Notes: generated from the sequence alone by a model not told the origin. A DNA stretch of 64,000 nucleotides from Bacilli bacterium (GCA_024409055.1 JAKSUL010000004.1:4010-68009), one strand, 5' to 3'; shown: positions 1 to 8,617, numbered from the stretch's first letter. Made by a program: numbers and translations.

Positions 1-253
1 AAGGGCAAATAGGCTAGAGGCTAAAAAAACGAAGGTGTAGCCTACATTTTTGGATATTTTGTTAATAAACGATTATTGTTTGTATATTTGATGAAAACGA
101 GGTTTTTTGCCAAAAAACTAGAAATAAATCTGAAAATAATCATCCAAAAGAAATGTTTTTCGCATCGCTTTTCAATATGTCTTTCATTTGTTAATTCGAT
201 CTATCTTCCTAAATTATGGAAACGGACAAAATAAGCGAGTAACATTTTCCTCA

Positions 254-1795
254 ATGGAAAAGAAACACGTAATTGTTATTGGAGCTGGTATTGCTGGCCT
301 TACAGCCGGTATTTATGCCGCTCAGTCTGGATTAGACGTTGACGTTTACGAGTCTCATAGCGTGCCGGGCGGAGAATGCACTGGATGGACGCGCAAAGGA
401 TCTTACATTGAAGGATGCGCTCACTGGATTATTGGAATAAACCCAAAATCAGAACTTTATCCTTTGTGGAGGAACGTGCACGCCATAACCGATGAATCCG
501 TTGTATATACGACCGAATACCTTTCTGCTTTCGACGTACATGGGCGCACGTTTTACTTCTACAGCGATTTAACTCGTTTAGAGAAAGAACTCTTCGATTT
601 CTTCCCCGAAGATAAAAAACTTATTAAACGTTACATGCGTGGCGTGAAGGCCTACATGCATATAACCGTTCCGGTCAATATGCCGCTTGAGAAAATGAAT
701 ATCTTCTCTTTGACGGCTTTTGGCTTGCGTATGGTTCCTGTGTTAGGGGCTTTCAGCAAATACACGAAGGAATCCGTTGAGCATTTTGCCTCGCGCGCCA
801 AAAACCCGGATTTGAAGGACGTTTTGCTTCGTTGGCTTGATGGGCGCTATAGCCAACACTCTTTCTTCTATGTTTCTCAGGCCGCCGCAAGAAGAGACGC
901 CGGTGTTATCCAAGGCGGTTCTTTGCCCATGGCGAGAAGAATGGCGGATCGTCTTATCTCCGTCGGGGGACGCCTCCATCTCTCATCGCCCATTAAACGC
1001 ATCATTGTCGAAAACGGAAAAGCTATCGGTGTTGAACTATTGGACGGCACTAAAAACACATCCGACTACGTTATTTGTTCCACCGATGCCCATCATGCTT
1101 TCTCGAATTTGCTCGAAGGAAAGATCAACGACCCGTATTACGACTCTCGCTTCCTCCGTCCAGAGGATCATCCGCTTATCGCAGGGATGTTAGCTTGCTT
1201 TAGAACCAAAAAGGACGTCTCTAATAAACCGTTGATGTTGGACTTTAACGCAGACATCACTTGGCAGGGTTGCAAATTGACCCATATACCGGTCAGAAAT
1301 TTCTCATTCGATAAAACGATTAACGAAGGACGTGGCACTTTATTGACGTGCCTTCTTCCGGCCGATGCAGGCTTATATGGAAGATTAAAGAGTCTTGCTA
1401 GAGAAGATTATTTAGTCGCCAAAGAAGAACTTCTTAAGGAAGTCGCTGCCGAAATTGAGAAAGAATATGGCCTTGAACCTGGCGATGTTGAACCTTTAGA
1501 TTTGACCACGCCTCTAACCTATGAGCGTTACTGCAATGCTTATGAAGGGTCGTATATGTCTTTCCTCACGACCACAAAGGCCAAAGGACTTATGCGCAAA
1601 GAGAAAGTCAAAGGCGTCAAGAATCTATACCTTTGCGGTCAGTGGATCATGCCTCCAGGCGGTCTTCCGATTGCTCTTTTTACTGGTAAGCACGCCGCGT
1701 GGCATATCTGCCATAAAGAGAAGATTCGCTTCTATAATGACAAAAAGAAAAAGACCGGCGGCCATTACAAAATGGCGGTGGCCTCGTCTAAATAA
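254..1795 (+). CDS. NAD(P)/FAD-dependent oxidoreductase, phytoene-desaturase (CrtI)/amine-oxidase-like
   Basis: A Rossmann dinucleotide motif (HVIVIGAGIAGLTAGIYAAQSG..VYE...PGG) follows directly after the ATG at 254. The 188 start in the track is a TTG extension. The C-terminal CGQWIMPPGGLP is typical of this fold. Confidence 0.75.
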   Translation: MEKKHVIVIGAGIAGLTAGIYAAQSGLDVDVYESHSVPGGECTGWTRKGSYIEGCAHWIIGINPKSELYPLWRNVHAITDESVVYTTEYLSAFDVHGRTFYFYSDLTRLEKELFDFFPEDKKLIKRYMRGVKAYMHITVPVNMPLEKMNIFSLTAFGLRMVPVLGAFSKYTKESVEHFASRAKNPDLKDVLLRWLDGRYSQHSFFYVSQAAARRDAGVIQGGSLPMARRMADRLISVGGRLHLSSPIKRIIVENGKAIGVELLDGTKNTSDYVICSTDAHHAFSNLLEGKINDPYYDSRFLRPEDHPLIAGMLACFRTKKDVSNKPLMLDFNADITWQGCKLTHIPVRNFSFDKTINEGRGTLLTCLLPADAGLYGRLKSLAREDYLVAKEELLKEVAAEIEKEYGLEPGDVEPLDLTTPLTYERYCNAYEGSYMSFLTTTKAKGLMRKEKVKGVKNLYLCGQWIMPPGGLPIALFTGKHAAWHICHKEKIRFYNDKKKKTGGHYKMAVASSK

Positions 1796-1808
1796 GATTT
1801 CTTGAAAT

Positions 1809-1837
1809 GGATGTTCCTTAGCGGGGCATCCTTTTTT
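1809..1837 (+). terminator. putative rho-independent terminator after the oxidoreductase
   Basis: GGATG-N13-CATCC stem followed by TTTTTT, 14 nt after the stop codon. The stem is short and the loop long. Confidence 0.4.
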
Positions 1838-1863
1838 AAAAAAGCACCCTTATTCGAGGGTGC
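1838..1863 (-). terminator. putative rho-independent terminator after the antiporter gene
   Basis: GCACCC-N8-GGGTGC hairpin. On the minus strand it is followed by TTTTTT (1838-1843) and lies just downstream of the antiporter stop at 1882. Confidence 0.55.
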
Positions 1864-1881
1864 TAATTAATTGTTGACGCC

Positions 1882-3168
1882 TTATTTTGCGGTGACGGTT
1901 TCGACCGCGATTTCACCGGCTTTAGACAAAGCGGTTTTTGTGACAACTGGTCCGATAAGTTCGTACACCAAAGTGGTGGTAAGGATAATGGCAAGAATCA
2001 TGGATCCTGAATCTCCGCCAAGGATTGCAGACGCGGTGGTGGCTAAACCGATAGCAACACCGGCTTGAGGAATAAGGGCGAATCCTAAGTATTTTTTAAC
2101 GGTCGGCTCAGCCCTGGAGATGGTAGAACCCGTGAAGGCACCGGTCCATTTTCCAAGAGCGCGGAACACGACGTAGAACAAAGCGGCGATTACTATGTAA
2201 AGCGCCTTTTCGCTGGCGAATATCGTTAGGTCCAAAGACGCTCCAGAGAGAACGAAGAACAACATGAAGACCGGAGGAGTGAAATAGTCGATGCGGTCGA
2301 ATGTGCGGATGGCGTCGTTACGCATATTGACGAAGACGGCGCCGGAAGCCATGCACATCAATAAGCTCGATAGTTCGAATTCTCCCAATGCTGGAGTTTG
2401 AAAGAGGTGATACAAACCGATGCACGCAAGGATTGAGGCGAGGGAGAGGATCATCCTGTTTGAACGGGAACGAAAGAAATGGGCGACCCCCGAGATGATG
2501 AATCCGAAGATGGCGCCAATTCCGAGTGAGATCAGGATCTCGAGAATAGGTTTGACTAAGCCGGTATAAACGTCGAACCCAGTTCCGTTTGCGATTGTTT
2601 TGGAAACGGAGAATAGGATCGAGAACAGGATAAGAGCGGCTGCGTCATCGAGGGCGACTACTGGAAGGAGTGTATTAACGAGGGGTCCGTGGGCGTTATA
2701 TTGCTTGATGACCATCAAGGTGGCGGCCGGTGCCGTAGCGGCGGCGACTGCACCTAATGTTATGACTATTTCCCATGGGATGTAGGTTGGCCAGATTAAG
2801 TGAGCGATCGATAAACCGGCGATGGTTAATATCGATCCCCCCAAAGCCTCGAAAATGGTGATGACCAATACCTTCTTTCCTAAGGATTTAATGGTTGAAA
2901 GTTTGAAGGAGGAGCCGATGGTGAAGGCGATGAATCCAAGAGCGACTTCGGATATCCACGACAGGTTTTTAACAAGCCCTAATATCTGGTTGTTGGCGGG
3001 GTCGTTTGTGAAGTTGAAGTTATTGAAGAATAAACCCAAAACGAAAGGTCCGACCAAAATGCCGGTGATTAGATAACCGGTGACGTTAGGAAGCTTTATT
3101 AGTTTCATCACGCGGGATGAAAGAAGGGCAATCGCGATGGCGATTGCCAAATATAAGAAGTAGTTCAT
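1882..3168 (-). CDS. cation:proton antiporter (Na+/H+ exchanger family, CPA2-like), membrane domain only
   Basis: 428 aa and hydrophobic throughout. The N-terminus (LLSSRVMKLIKLPNVTGYLITGILVGPFVLG) is typical of the Na_H_exchanger family. No RCK/TrkA domain is present. Confidence 0.8.
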   Translation of the reverse strand: MNYFLYLAIAIAIALLSSRVMKLIKLPNVTGYLITGILVGPFVLGLFFNNFNFTNDPANNQILGLVKNLSWISEVALGFIAFTIGSSFKLSTIKSLGKKVLVITIFEALGGSILTIAGLSIAHLIWPTYIPWEIVITLGAVAAATAPAATLMVIKQYNAHGPLVNTLLPVVALDDAAALILFSILFSVSKTIANGTGFDVYTGLVKPILEILISLGIGAIFGFIISGVAHFFRSRSNRMILSLASILACIGLYHLFQTPALGEFELSSLLMCMASGAVFVNMRNDAIRTFDRIDYFTPPVFMLFFVLSGASLDLTIFASEKALYIVIAALFYVVFRALGKWTGAFTGSTISRAEPTVKKYLGFALIPQAGVAIGLATTASAILGGDSGSMILAIILTTTLVYELIGPVVTKTALSKAGEIAVETVTAK

Positions 3169-3169
3169 A

Positions 3170-3505
3170 TTAGATAGAACCTTCGAAGTCTTCAGCCGGG
3201 TGGCTATACATGCCGCCCTTCATGTCTTTGAAATTGTTGGTTTCAACGCGGACTATTTCTTTTAATTCGTCGAGCTTTTCTTTGCCTTCAACGACGAAAA
3301 CGGCGAATGTTGTCTCCTCCATCTTGGCCATCTCTAAGTGAGCGAGATTGACGAAATGACGCTCATGGTTTTCTTCTCCCGCCAAAGCGTGTTTTAAGGA
3401 AGTGGTGGCGAAGACGGTTCCGTTATATCCGTGCTTACGGAGTTCTTGGAACATGTGAGTCATATGGTCACCGTTTTTGAAGAATAAATTTAATACGTAT
3501 TTCAT
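3170..3505 (-). CDS. small soluble protein, P-II-fold-like (possibly PstA/DarA-type nucleotide receptor)
   Basis: GGAGGG RBS 7 nt upstream of the ATG at 3505. The stop is 1 nt from the antiporter ATG. The predicted pattern is beta-alpha-beta twice, and GTVFATTSLKHA and the C-terminal GGMYSHPAEDF are reminiscent of PstA/DarA. The coding call is solid; the family call is tentative. Confidence 0.5.
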   Translation of the reverse strand: MKYVLNLFFKNGDHMTHMFQELRKHGYNGTVFATTSLKHALAGEENHERHFVNLAHLEMAKMEETTFAVFVVEGKEKLDELKEIVRVETNNFKDMKGGMYSHPAEDFEGSI

Positions 3506-3544
3506 GTTTGGCCCTCCAAACGCCCTTTATCATAGGACGATTGA

Positions 3545-3575
3545 TACAAAAATAAAGGCGCATATTCGATGCGCC
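3545..3575 (-). terminator. putative rho-independent terminator (minus strand)
   Basis: GGCGCAT-ATTCG-ATGCGCC hairpin (3557-3575), followed on the minus strand by TTTATTTTTG. Confidence 0.45.
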
Positions 3576-3866
3576 AATTTAACGTGTTTATTGTTCGTAG
3601 CCGCATTTATGGCAATGTTCATTTTCTTCTGGCAAAGGCCCAAATGCATAGTCTTTCGCAGTGTTTTCCTTACATATATTGCACGTTTAGGAAATAGCGG
3701 CATCGATAGAAAGGAGAACCATGTTCATTGAACGTTCGTCGGAAATATAACCCCCCAGTTGTTATAAATGTGGCTTAGAGGCACGTCGGCTATAAAAGTT
3801 TTATTTCCCTTTTCTCCAAGCGCGGACCATATTGAGCCTGCGGTTTTATTAAATAGGAGATAGCTG

Positions 3867-3952
3867 ATGTGTAACAAATAATATAAAAATGTTTCACATT
3901 ATGTTTTTCCGTCCTATTATATGTGTAACAAATAATATAAAAATGTTTCACA
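3867..3952 (+). repeat. two perfect 32-bp direct repeats (3867-3898 and 3921-3952), each with an internal imperfect inverted repeat; candidate operator pair
   Basis: ATGTGTAACAAATAATATAAAAATGTTTCACA occurs twice with a 54-bp period. The arms are TGTGTAACA and TGTTTCACA (one mismatch) separated by 13 bp. The second copy ends 10 bp before the Fic ATG. Confidence 0.8.
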
Positions 3953-3962
3953 AGGGGTTAGT

Positions 3963-4895
3963 ATGGAAACAATTTACGAATTAAAAAATCAATTGGAAAC
4001 TATACAAAAAACTGTAAAAAACCTAATTCATGGTTCAATAGAAATCAGAGGGTCTGGTGGCAAAAAATATATCTATGTGCACTATAGAGAAGCGGGTACT
4101 CTCCTAACCAAATATGCTGGAGAATATTCTGACGAACTTTTCAACCTTATCAGAAATAATAACTCACGAGTCAAAGAACTTAATAAGCGCATCAAAGCTA
4201 TTAATAAATCGCTAAAAGAACTGTCTTATGAACAGAATGAGGTTAGTGATGTTGTTAAACTCAATATTGATTTGGCGAGGAAATATCTTGTCGATTCCAT
4301 TTATAAACAGTCGGTTTTGGAAGGTGTTGCTACAACTTATTCAGATACCGAGACCTTAGTGAATGAAGGAAGAGTTAACAATATGTCGGCATCTGATGTC
4401 CAAAAGATCATTAATTTAAAACACGCGTGGGAATTCATTTTGGACTATGATGTTGCAACTTATCCAACGAATTATGCCTTGTTGTGTCAAATTAATAGCT
4501 TGGTTGAAGAAGGTCTTTCCAGTTGTGCGGGAAAGATAAGAAGTGCCCCAGTAACGATAGGCGGTTCATCATACCTCCCACCGATTCCTTTCGAATCTCA
4601 AGTAAAAGAAAGGCTTGAGTTCATTATCAATAGGAATGACATCAGTGAGGCAGAAAAGGCGGCTAGACTAATAGCATATGCTATGAAAACTCAAACATTT
4701 CTTGATGGCAACAAAAGAACGGCTGTTATTTTTGGAAACCATTATTTAATAAGCAAGGGGCTGGGATTAATGGTTGTGCCTATTGAAAAGATATCTGAAT
4801 ATAAGAAATTGCTCATCGAATATTACGAAGATAAATCGGAAACCATATTTGATTTCTTCATCAATGAATGTTTCATTAAAACGCGCAGAGCATAA
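3963..4895 (+). CDS. Fic/Doc family protein with degenerate active-site motif
   Basis: Carries the Fic-type core GKIRSAPVTIGGSSYLPP and the motif QTFLDGNKRTAV, where HxFx(D/E)GN(G/K)R is expected. There is an SVLEG..T N-terminal segment and an AGGGG RBS. The gene is visibly more AT-rich than its neighbours. Confidence 0.75.
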   Translation: METIYELKNQLETIQKTVKNLIHGSIEIRGSGGKKYIYVHYREAGTLLTKYAGEYSDELFNLIRNNNSRVKELNKRIKAINKSLKELSYEQNEVSDVVKLNIDLARKYLVDSIYKQSVLEGVATTYSDTETLVNEGRVNNMSASDVQKIINLKHAWEFILDYDVATYPTNYALLCQINSLVEEGLSSCAGKIRSAPVTIGGSSYLPPIPFESQVKERLEFIINRNDISEAEKAARLIAYAMKTQTFLDGNKRTAVIFGNHYLISKGLGLMVVPIEKISEYKKLLIEYYEDKSETIFDFFINECFIKTRRA

Positions 4896-5009
4896 TGGCA
4901 AAAGGCCCATTGAAGCCAAAAGCTTTCTTTTTATGAACCTATCATAAGGCGTAGCCGTTTTTTCATGCTTGTAGTTTCTTTCGCGGGGTCGAAGGTCTAT
5001 AGTTCAACC

Positions 5010-5186
5010 ATGTTAACAACAAAAAATCCTGTCATTTTATTGAGCCTTATCAACACGAAGCTCCGCGATGTTTATTCTTCGCTAGATGATCTATGTGAGG
5101 ATATGGATACGACAAAGGAAGAATTAGATTCGATCCTCAATCCGGTTGGATATACATACGATAAAAACCAAAACCAATATAAGTAA
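5010..5186 (+). CDS. DUF4250-like small protein
   Basis: LLSLINTKLRDVYSSLDDLCEDMDTTKEELDSIL...YDKNQNQYK matches my recollection of DUF4250. The ATG at 5010 is preferred over the 4965 extension. The stop overlaps the next ATG by 1 nt. Confidence 0.55.
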   Translation: MLTTKNPVILLSLINTKLRDVYSSLDDLCEDMDTTKEELDSILNPVGYTYDKNQNQYK

Positions 5187-6121
5187 TGGCTAAGATAGAT
5201 TTGATTACAGGGTTTCTCGGTTCCGGGAAGACAACGTTTTTAAAGCAATACGTGTCTTTTCTTTTAAATAAAGGAGAACGGATTTGCATCTTGGAATTCG
5301 ATTATGGTGCTATCAACGTCGACATGATGCTGCTTCAAGAGTTTAACGATCGTTGCGACATGGAGATGGTGGCGGGCGGTTGCGATTATGATTGTCACCT
5401 AAGAAGGTTTAAAACGAAGCTCATCGCCATGGGCATGAAGAAATATGACCGCGTTATCGTTGAGCCAAGCGGTATTTTTGATCCTGATGAATTCTTCGAT
5501 ACTTTAGCGGAAGAACCCTTGGACCAATGGTATGAAATTGGGTCCGTCATCTCCATCGTGGACGCCGGAATAAACGAAAACCTTTCTCTTGAGTCCAAGT
5601 ATTTGCTCGCCTCTCAGCTTTCCTCAAGCGGGCTTGTCCTTATCAGCAAGTCTCAGCTTTACGGAGAAGAAAAAGTCAAATCCGCCATTTCTTATATAAA
5701 AGGTATATCCAAAGAGTTTGGCGTCACTCTTGATGAAGAAACCATCATGACCAAACCGTTTAGCGATTTTGGCGAAAGTGATTTCGAAAGAATCATGAAA
5801 GCCGGATATATGGAGCGGCCCCACGTGAAAATGAACGTGATGGATAGTAACGGTTATGCATCGTTATATTTCATGGATCTCGGGCTTTCTTTATCTCAAA
5901 TCAAAGGTGCCAAAGATAAGCTTTTTCTCGACCCCTCTTTCGGTTCGATCGCAAGAGTCAAAGGGTTCGTGAAAGACAATGGCCAGTGGTATGAGATAAA
6001 TGCCACAAAAAACGAAACCGTGGCCACCAAGATAGCCCTTGGCCAGGACGTCATTATCGTCATAGGCGAACAAATGAATGAAAAAATGATTAATTCACTA
6101 TTTAGCGAGGCGAAAAAATAG
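5186..6121 (+). CDS. COG0523 (CobW/HypB/UreG-type G3E) GTPase metallochaperone-like
   Basis: Walker A ITGFLGSGKTTFLK, a Walker B-like VIVEPSG, and a CobW_C-like C-terminal domain. The canonical GCxCC motif is replaced by GGCDYDCH. Confidence 0.8.
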   Translation: MAKIDLITGFLGSGKTTFLKQYVSFLLNKGERICILEFDYGAINVDMMLLQEFNDRCDMEMVAGGCDYDCHLRRFKTKLIAMGMKKYDRVIVEPSGIFDPDEFFDTLAEEPLDQWYEIGSVISIVDAGINENLSLESKYLLASQLSSSGLVLISKSQLYGEEKVKSAISYIKGISKEFGVTLDEETIMTKPFSDFGESDFERIMKAGYMERPHVKMNVMDSNGYASLYFMDLGLSLSQIKGAKDKLFLDPSFGSIARVKGFVKDNGQWYEINATKNETVATKIALGQDVIIVIGEQMNEKMINSLFSEAKK

Positions 6122-6159
6122 CACAATATTAAGCGCCTTATTTCAAAGGGGGACACATT

Positions 6160-7686
6160 ATGAAAAAAAGACCAGTAATGCTAATCATCATGGATGGATA
6201 CGGAATCGCTCCCGCTTCCGATTCCAATGCCGTCAGCTTAGCGAAAAAACCAAACCTCGATAGAATTTTCTCCGAATTCGACACCAAGACGCTTCAGGCC
6301 TCTGGAGACGCCGTCGGACTTCCGGAAGGACAGATGGGAAACTCCGAAGTCGGCCATATGAACATCGGAGCCGGCAGAGTCGTGAGACAATCTCTTTCTA
6401 GAATCAACTATTCAATCAAAACTGGAGAATTCAATTCCAACCCCGTTATCTTAGATGCCATCAAACACGCTAAAGAAAACGGAAAGAAATTCCATATTTT
6501 TGGACTTTGTTCGATTGGCGGAATTCACTCCCACATCGACCACATCATCGCCATCAGCAAATTAGCTCAGGCTAACGGAATCGAAAACGTCTATTACCAC
6601 GCTTTCCTCGATGGCCGTGACACCGCCCCGACTTCCGGAGCCGGATATCTTGAAACCATCATCAAAGAAGGCGGAGTCAAAGTCGCCACCGTCGGTGGAC
6701 GTTACTATGGAATGGATAGGGATAAAAACTATGACCGTATCCAAATCGCTTATGACGCGATGACAATCGCTAAGGGCGAATATATCGCCGATCCTGTCGC
6801 CGGTGTTAAAGCCTCCTACGAAAAGGGCATCACCGACGAATTCGTCGTTCCTTTCGTCTCCGATAAAAACGGCATGGTCGAAGACGGCGATTCCGTTGTT
6901 TTCGCCAACTTCCGTCCCGATAGGGCCATCCAAATCGCGACCGCTATGTCAAATCCGGAAGGAATTGTTTATAACCCGGAAAAGCCTTATAGGCTTGATA
7001 CATCCAAAGGACCGAAGAACGTTTTCTTCGTTTCGATGATGAAATATAGCGATACGGTCAAAGGAGAATTGGCCTTCGGACTTCAGAGCTTCGAAAACCT
7101 TTATGGCGATGTCATTGCCAAAAACGGTTTGACCCAACTTCGTATCGCCGAGACCGAGAAATACGCTCACGTCACCTTCTTCTTCGACGGCGGCGCCGAT
7201 AGAGACATCAAAGGAGCTGATCGTATTTTGGTCAATTCCCCGAAAGTCGCTACCTATGACTTGAAGCCAGAGATGAGCGCCTTTGAAGTCTGCGACAAAG
7301 TCGTTGAAGCTATCCGCGCTCAAAAATACGACACCATTATCCTCAACTTCGCTAACTGCGATATGGTCGGTCACACCGGAGTCATCCCGGCCGCTGTCAA
7401 AGCCGTTGAGGCCGTCGATACCTGCGTTGGCAAAGTCGTCGCCGCTCTTGACGAAGTCGGCGGTGTCGCTCTTATTTCCGCTGACCATGGCAATGCTGAA
7501 AAGATGAGGGACGAAAACGGCAATCCTTATACCGCTCATACCACCAACCTCGTTCCTGTCGTCGTCACTGATAAGAACATCAAGCTAAGAGATGGCATCC
7601 TCTCCGACATCGCCCCGACCCTTTTGGAGCTTCTCGGAGTCGAAATCCCAGCCGAGATGACCTCGAAATCTCTCATCGTTAAGTAA
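6160..7686 (+). CDS. gpmI: 2,3-bisphosphoglycerate-independent phosphoglycerate mutase
   Basis: Full-length match to the iPGM pattern: LIIMDGYG, GNSEVGHMNIGAGR, SDGGVHSH-like IGGIHSHIDH, ADHGNAE. Confidence 0.95.
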   Translation: MKKRPVMLIIMDGYGIAPASDSNAVSLAKKPNLDRIFSEFDTKTLQASGDAVGLPEGQMGNSEVGHMNIGAGRVVRQSLSRINYSIKTGEFNSNPVILDAIKHAKENGKKFHIFGLCSIGGIHSHIDHIIAISKLAQANGIENVYYHAFLDGRDTAPTSGAGYLETIIKEGGVKVATVGGRYYGMDRDKNYDRIQIAYDAMTIAKGEYIADPVAGVKASYEKGITDEFVVPFVSDKNGMVEDGDSVVFANFRPDRAIQIATAMSNPEGIVYNPEKPYRLDTSKGPKNVFFVSMMKYSDTVKGELAFGLQSFENLYGDVIAKNGLTQLRIAETEKYAHVTFFFDGGADRDIKGADRILVNSPKVATYDLKPEMSAFEVCDKVVEAIRAQKYDTIILNFANCDMVGHTGVIPAAVKAVEAVDTCVGKVVAALDEVGGVALISADHGNAEKMRDENGNPYTAHTTNLVPVVVTDKNIKLRDGILSDIAPTLLELLGVEIPAEMTSKSLIVK

Positions 7687-7692
7687 TGAATC

Positions 7693-7729
7693 GCGGATTT
7701 AAGGGAACCCTTGAATCCGCCTTTCTGTT
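7693..7729 (+). terminator. putative terminator after gpmI
   Basis: Long hairpin GCGGATTTAAGGG..CCCTTGAATCCGC (7693-7720), followed by a weak T-rich tract CTTTCTGTT. Confidence 0.5.
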
Positions 7730-7765
7730 CGCGTTAATTTAATATTGTATTTAGGAGATTCATCT

Positions 7766-8332
7766 ATGAAAAAATCATTATTCGTTTCATCTGCTTTATT
7801 GCTAGCTACGACCCTCACTTCCTGCGGCTCCAAAGCGCTTAGCAAACAGGAATTTTTGGCTGAATGCGCCAAATTCGAACAAATCGCTTTCAACACCGAC
7901 ATCAAAGTTACGATGGAAAGCTCGGTCTTAGTTAAGGACGAAGTCACCGATTCTAACTTCACCGAATTCCATCTTTTGATGAGCGAAAAGAAAGAGGGGG
8001 GATACGACCTGAACGTTAATCCCGAATCCGCCGCTTTAGCTGCTTTGGGGACTATGATTATCTACCTTGCTTTCTCGATGCCGCTAATCACTGAGGAAAC
8101 ATTCAAAGAGGTTCCGGAAGAAGCCGGTTTCTACTCAAATCCTTATAAACTCGAATACAAGGGAGAAGAGGGAGATGAAAAAGGGGAAGGCCTTTTCACC
8201 TGGGACAAAAACGGCGCTTTAAGATCCATGTATACCGTTAGCGTCACTGGCGATACCAAGAGTGCATCCGAAACCAAATATGAATTCTTGGGCGATACCT
8301 TCAAAATCAACAAAGAAGACCTCGACAAGTAA
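7766..8332 (+). CDS. hypothetical lipoprotein
   Basis: AGGAG RBS. Signal peptide with lipobox MKKSLFVSSALLLATTLTSC-GSK. No domain recognised. Confidence 0.7.
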   Translation: MKKSLFVSSALLLATTLTSCGSKALSKQEFLAECAKFEQIAFNTDIKVTMESSVLVKDEVTDSNFTEFHLLMSEKKEGGYDLNVNPESAALAALGTMIIYLAFSMPLITEETFKEVPEEAGFYSNPYKLEYKGEEGDEKGEGLFTWDKNGALRSMYTVSVTGDTKSASETKYEFLGDTFKINKEDLDK

Positions 8333-8381
8333 TAAAGCCTCAAGCGTTTCTTCTAAGGTTATTTATCGCAAAGATTCATAG

Positions 8382-8408
8382 GGCCGCTGTTAATTCGGTG
8401 GCCTTTTT
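8382..8408 (+). terminator. putative rho-independent terminator
   Basis: GGCCGC-N10-GTGGCC stem (one G-T pair) followed by TTTTT. Confidence 0.5.
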
Positions 8409-8617
8409 AGCTTTCAAAAATGCTACCTGAGCCTTTCGACAGACTTTGACGTAATTATTCGATGATTTCGGTAATTCGGTCTTTTTCTCATTTTTTATAT
8501 TCAAAGTGTTTCGTTTTCGGTGTTTTTTATAAAAAAACAAGAAAATATGTCGATTGTTCTTGTTTCATCGCCTCTTTTGTCAATAATGATTAATTTGTAC
8601 AGGAAAGGGTCTTTATT

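Noticed and set aside
3477-3731. 84-aa plus-strand ORF in the antiporter/Fic spacer
   Set aside because: It has no RBS, it overlaps the start of the P-II-like gene and the minus-strand terminator, and its translation is featureless. The region is treated as non-coding or decayed (see the finding at 3545..3760).
3867-3952. Possible CRISPR array (32-bp repeats with a 22-bp spacer)
   Set aside because: There are only two repeat copies, the spacer is too short, and no cas genes are present. The position immediately upstream of a gene start fits an operator or promoter element better.
8409-8617. Possible riboswitch or leader in the 280-bp region upstream of the hydrogenase operon
   Set aside because: I saw only a modest hairpin (ACAAGAA-N13-TTCTTGT, about 8537-8563) and A/T runs. 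No conserved riboswitch core sequence that I recognise is present.
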